Shown: positions 24,412 to 25,084 of the stretch, piece by piece
Position numbering within the stretch: the first letter of the stretch is position 1
How the letters are laid out: each line of letters starts with the position of its first letter
Program-made: the position numbers and the translations under genes
Assembly (NCBI GenBank): GCA_016839815.1
Contig: JAEOTM010000119.1
Span: 1 to 25,084, forward strand
Source of the DNA: Candidatus Hodarchaeota archaeon
Lineage (GTDB): Archaea; Asgardarchaeota; Heimdallarchaeia; Hodarchaeales; Hodarchaeaceae
Length of the DNA: 25,084 nucleotides
Direction: 5' to 3'
The notes under the pieces: model-generated
What the model was told of the DNA's origin: nothing
What the model saw: only the letters and a program-made list of their open reading frames with translations
The model's database searches: none

Positions 24412-25084
24412 TTATGTATTAGTTATTAATCTCAAGAAATCCCTGGTTCCTGTTGCCAATCCAAGAAGGAATACAACCCAAAGTAGCCATCGTTCTAAAT
24501 TTCTGTTTTCAAACCCGCGTACTGACCAAAGAAAGAGTAGAACAATTCCGAACTTGATGAAGAGAAAAGACCAAGATCCAACCGGTGATTGAAAAAGCAT
24601 TGCTGGAAGATAATGTTTTTCTTCATAAGCAAAGAATTCAATGGCAATTACAGTATTTATTGCGTCGAACATTTGCGTAATCATAGCAAATTTTTCCTCT
24701 CTTCTTATCGGAACATCTGGGAAGTATTTTTGTGACCACCAATCCGTAGAATAGTGAAAAAGTATAGCAAATATTATCGTTAACCCTATAATTGAGAAAC
24801 CTCCAATTATATTAGATTGATCCTCAACTAATAAGGGGATAAAAGGTAAAATAAGAAATATTTCTAATATTGTGCCAATTAGGGCAAATGTGAATCTCCA
24901 ATTAGAAACGTACTTTCGTTCCTTTAGGTATTCTTGAGAAATCACAATTGATATAATACCTAACATTATGGTTAGGAGAATAGTAACTATGTATACTCCT
25001 GGAGTGACAAACACTCTATCAGCAAAGAATTCATAAGGTGATATTATATTTCCCCCAACTGCAACATCCTGTAAGGCTCGCAAA
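24412..25084 (-). CDS. DUF63 family archaeal membrane protein (5'-truncated by the window edge)
   Basis: QMFDAINTVIAIEFFAYEEKHYLP and the C-terminal LGLATGTRDFLRL resemble conserved DUF63 motifs. The frame is open to the window end. Confidence 0.72.
   Translation of the reverse strand, partial: LRALQDVAVGGNIISPYEFFADRVFVTPGVYIVTILLTIMLGIISIVISQEYLKERKYVSNWRFTFALIGTILEIFLILPFIPLLVEDQSNIIGGFSIIGLTIIFAILFHYSTDWWSQKYFPDVPIRREEKFAMITQMFDAINTVIAIEFFAYEEKHYLPAMLFQSPVGSWSFLFIKFGIVLLFLWSVRGFENRNLERWLLWVVFLLGLATGTRDFLRLITNT

Noticed and set aside
1-25084. CRISPR array, tRNA/rRNA, transposase/integrase or prophage genes
   Set aside because: I saw no regularly spaced repeats, no cloverleaf-like GC-rich segments and no mobile-element motifs. 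Intergenic gaps are all about 200 nt or less.

Overview
This is a gene-dense, AT-rich archaeal chromosomal segment with about 24 protein-coding genes and no rRNA, tRNA, CRISPR array or mobile element that I can support. Archaeal origin is supported by a DUF63 protein, a RAD55/KaiC-like protein, a Hef-like helicase, BRE/TATA promoters, GGTGA-type ribosome-binding sites and oligo-pyrimidine terminators. An Asgard/Heimdallarchaeia-like source is my impression only. Left part: an ABC-2 permease, an AhpD-like protein, an HTH regulator followed by two bPH_2 (YdbS-like) membrane proteins, and an ABC exporter. Middle: EamA, M20 peptidase, MenG/UbiE, a 1077-aa GNAT protein and a divergent 660-aa hendecad coiled-coil protein. 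Right part: Nudix, EamA, a degenerate Hef-like helicase, a HAD / membrane AN1 zinc finger / M50 protease operon, an FAD oxidoreductase, and a head-to-head pair of apparent pseudoenzymes. The best candidates for undescribed systems are (1) a catalytically dead carboxylesterase and a dead KaiC-like ATPase sharing one perfect 20-bp palindromic TATA element, and (2) a membrane-anchored AN1 zinc finger separated from an in-frame site-2 protease by a single TAA. All family assignments come from motif recognition, not database searches.
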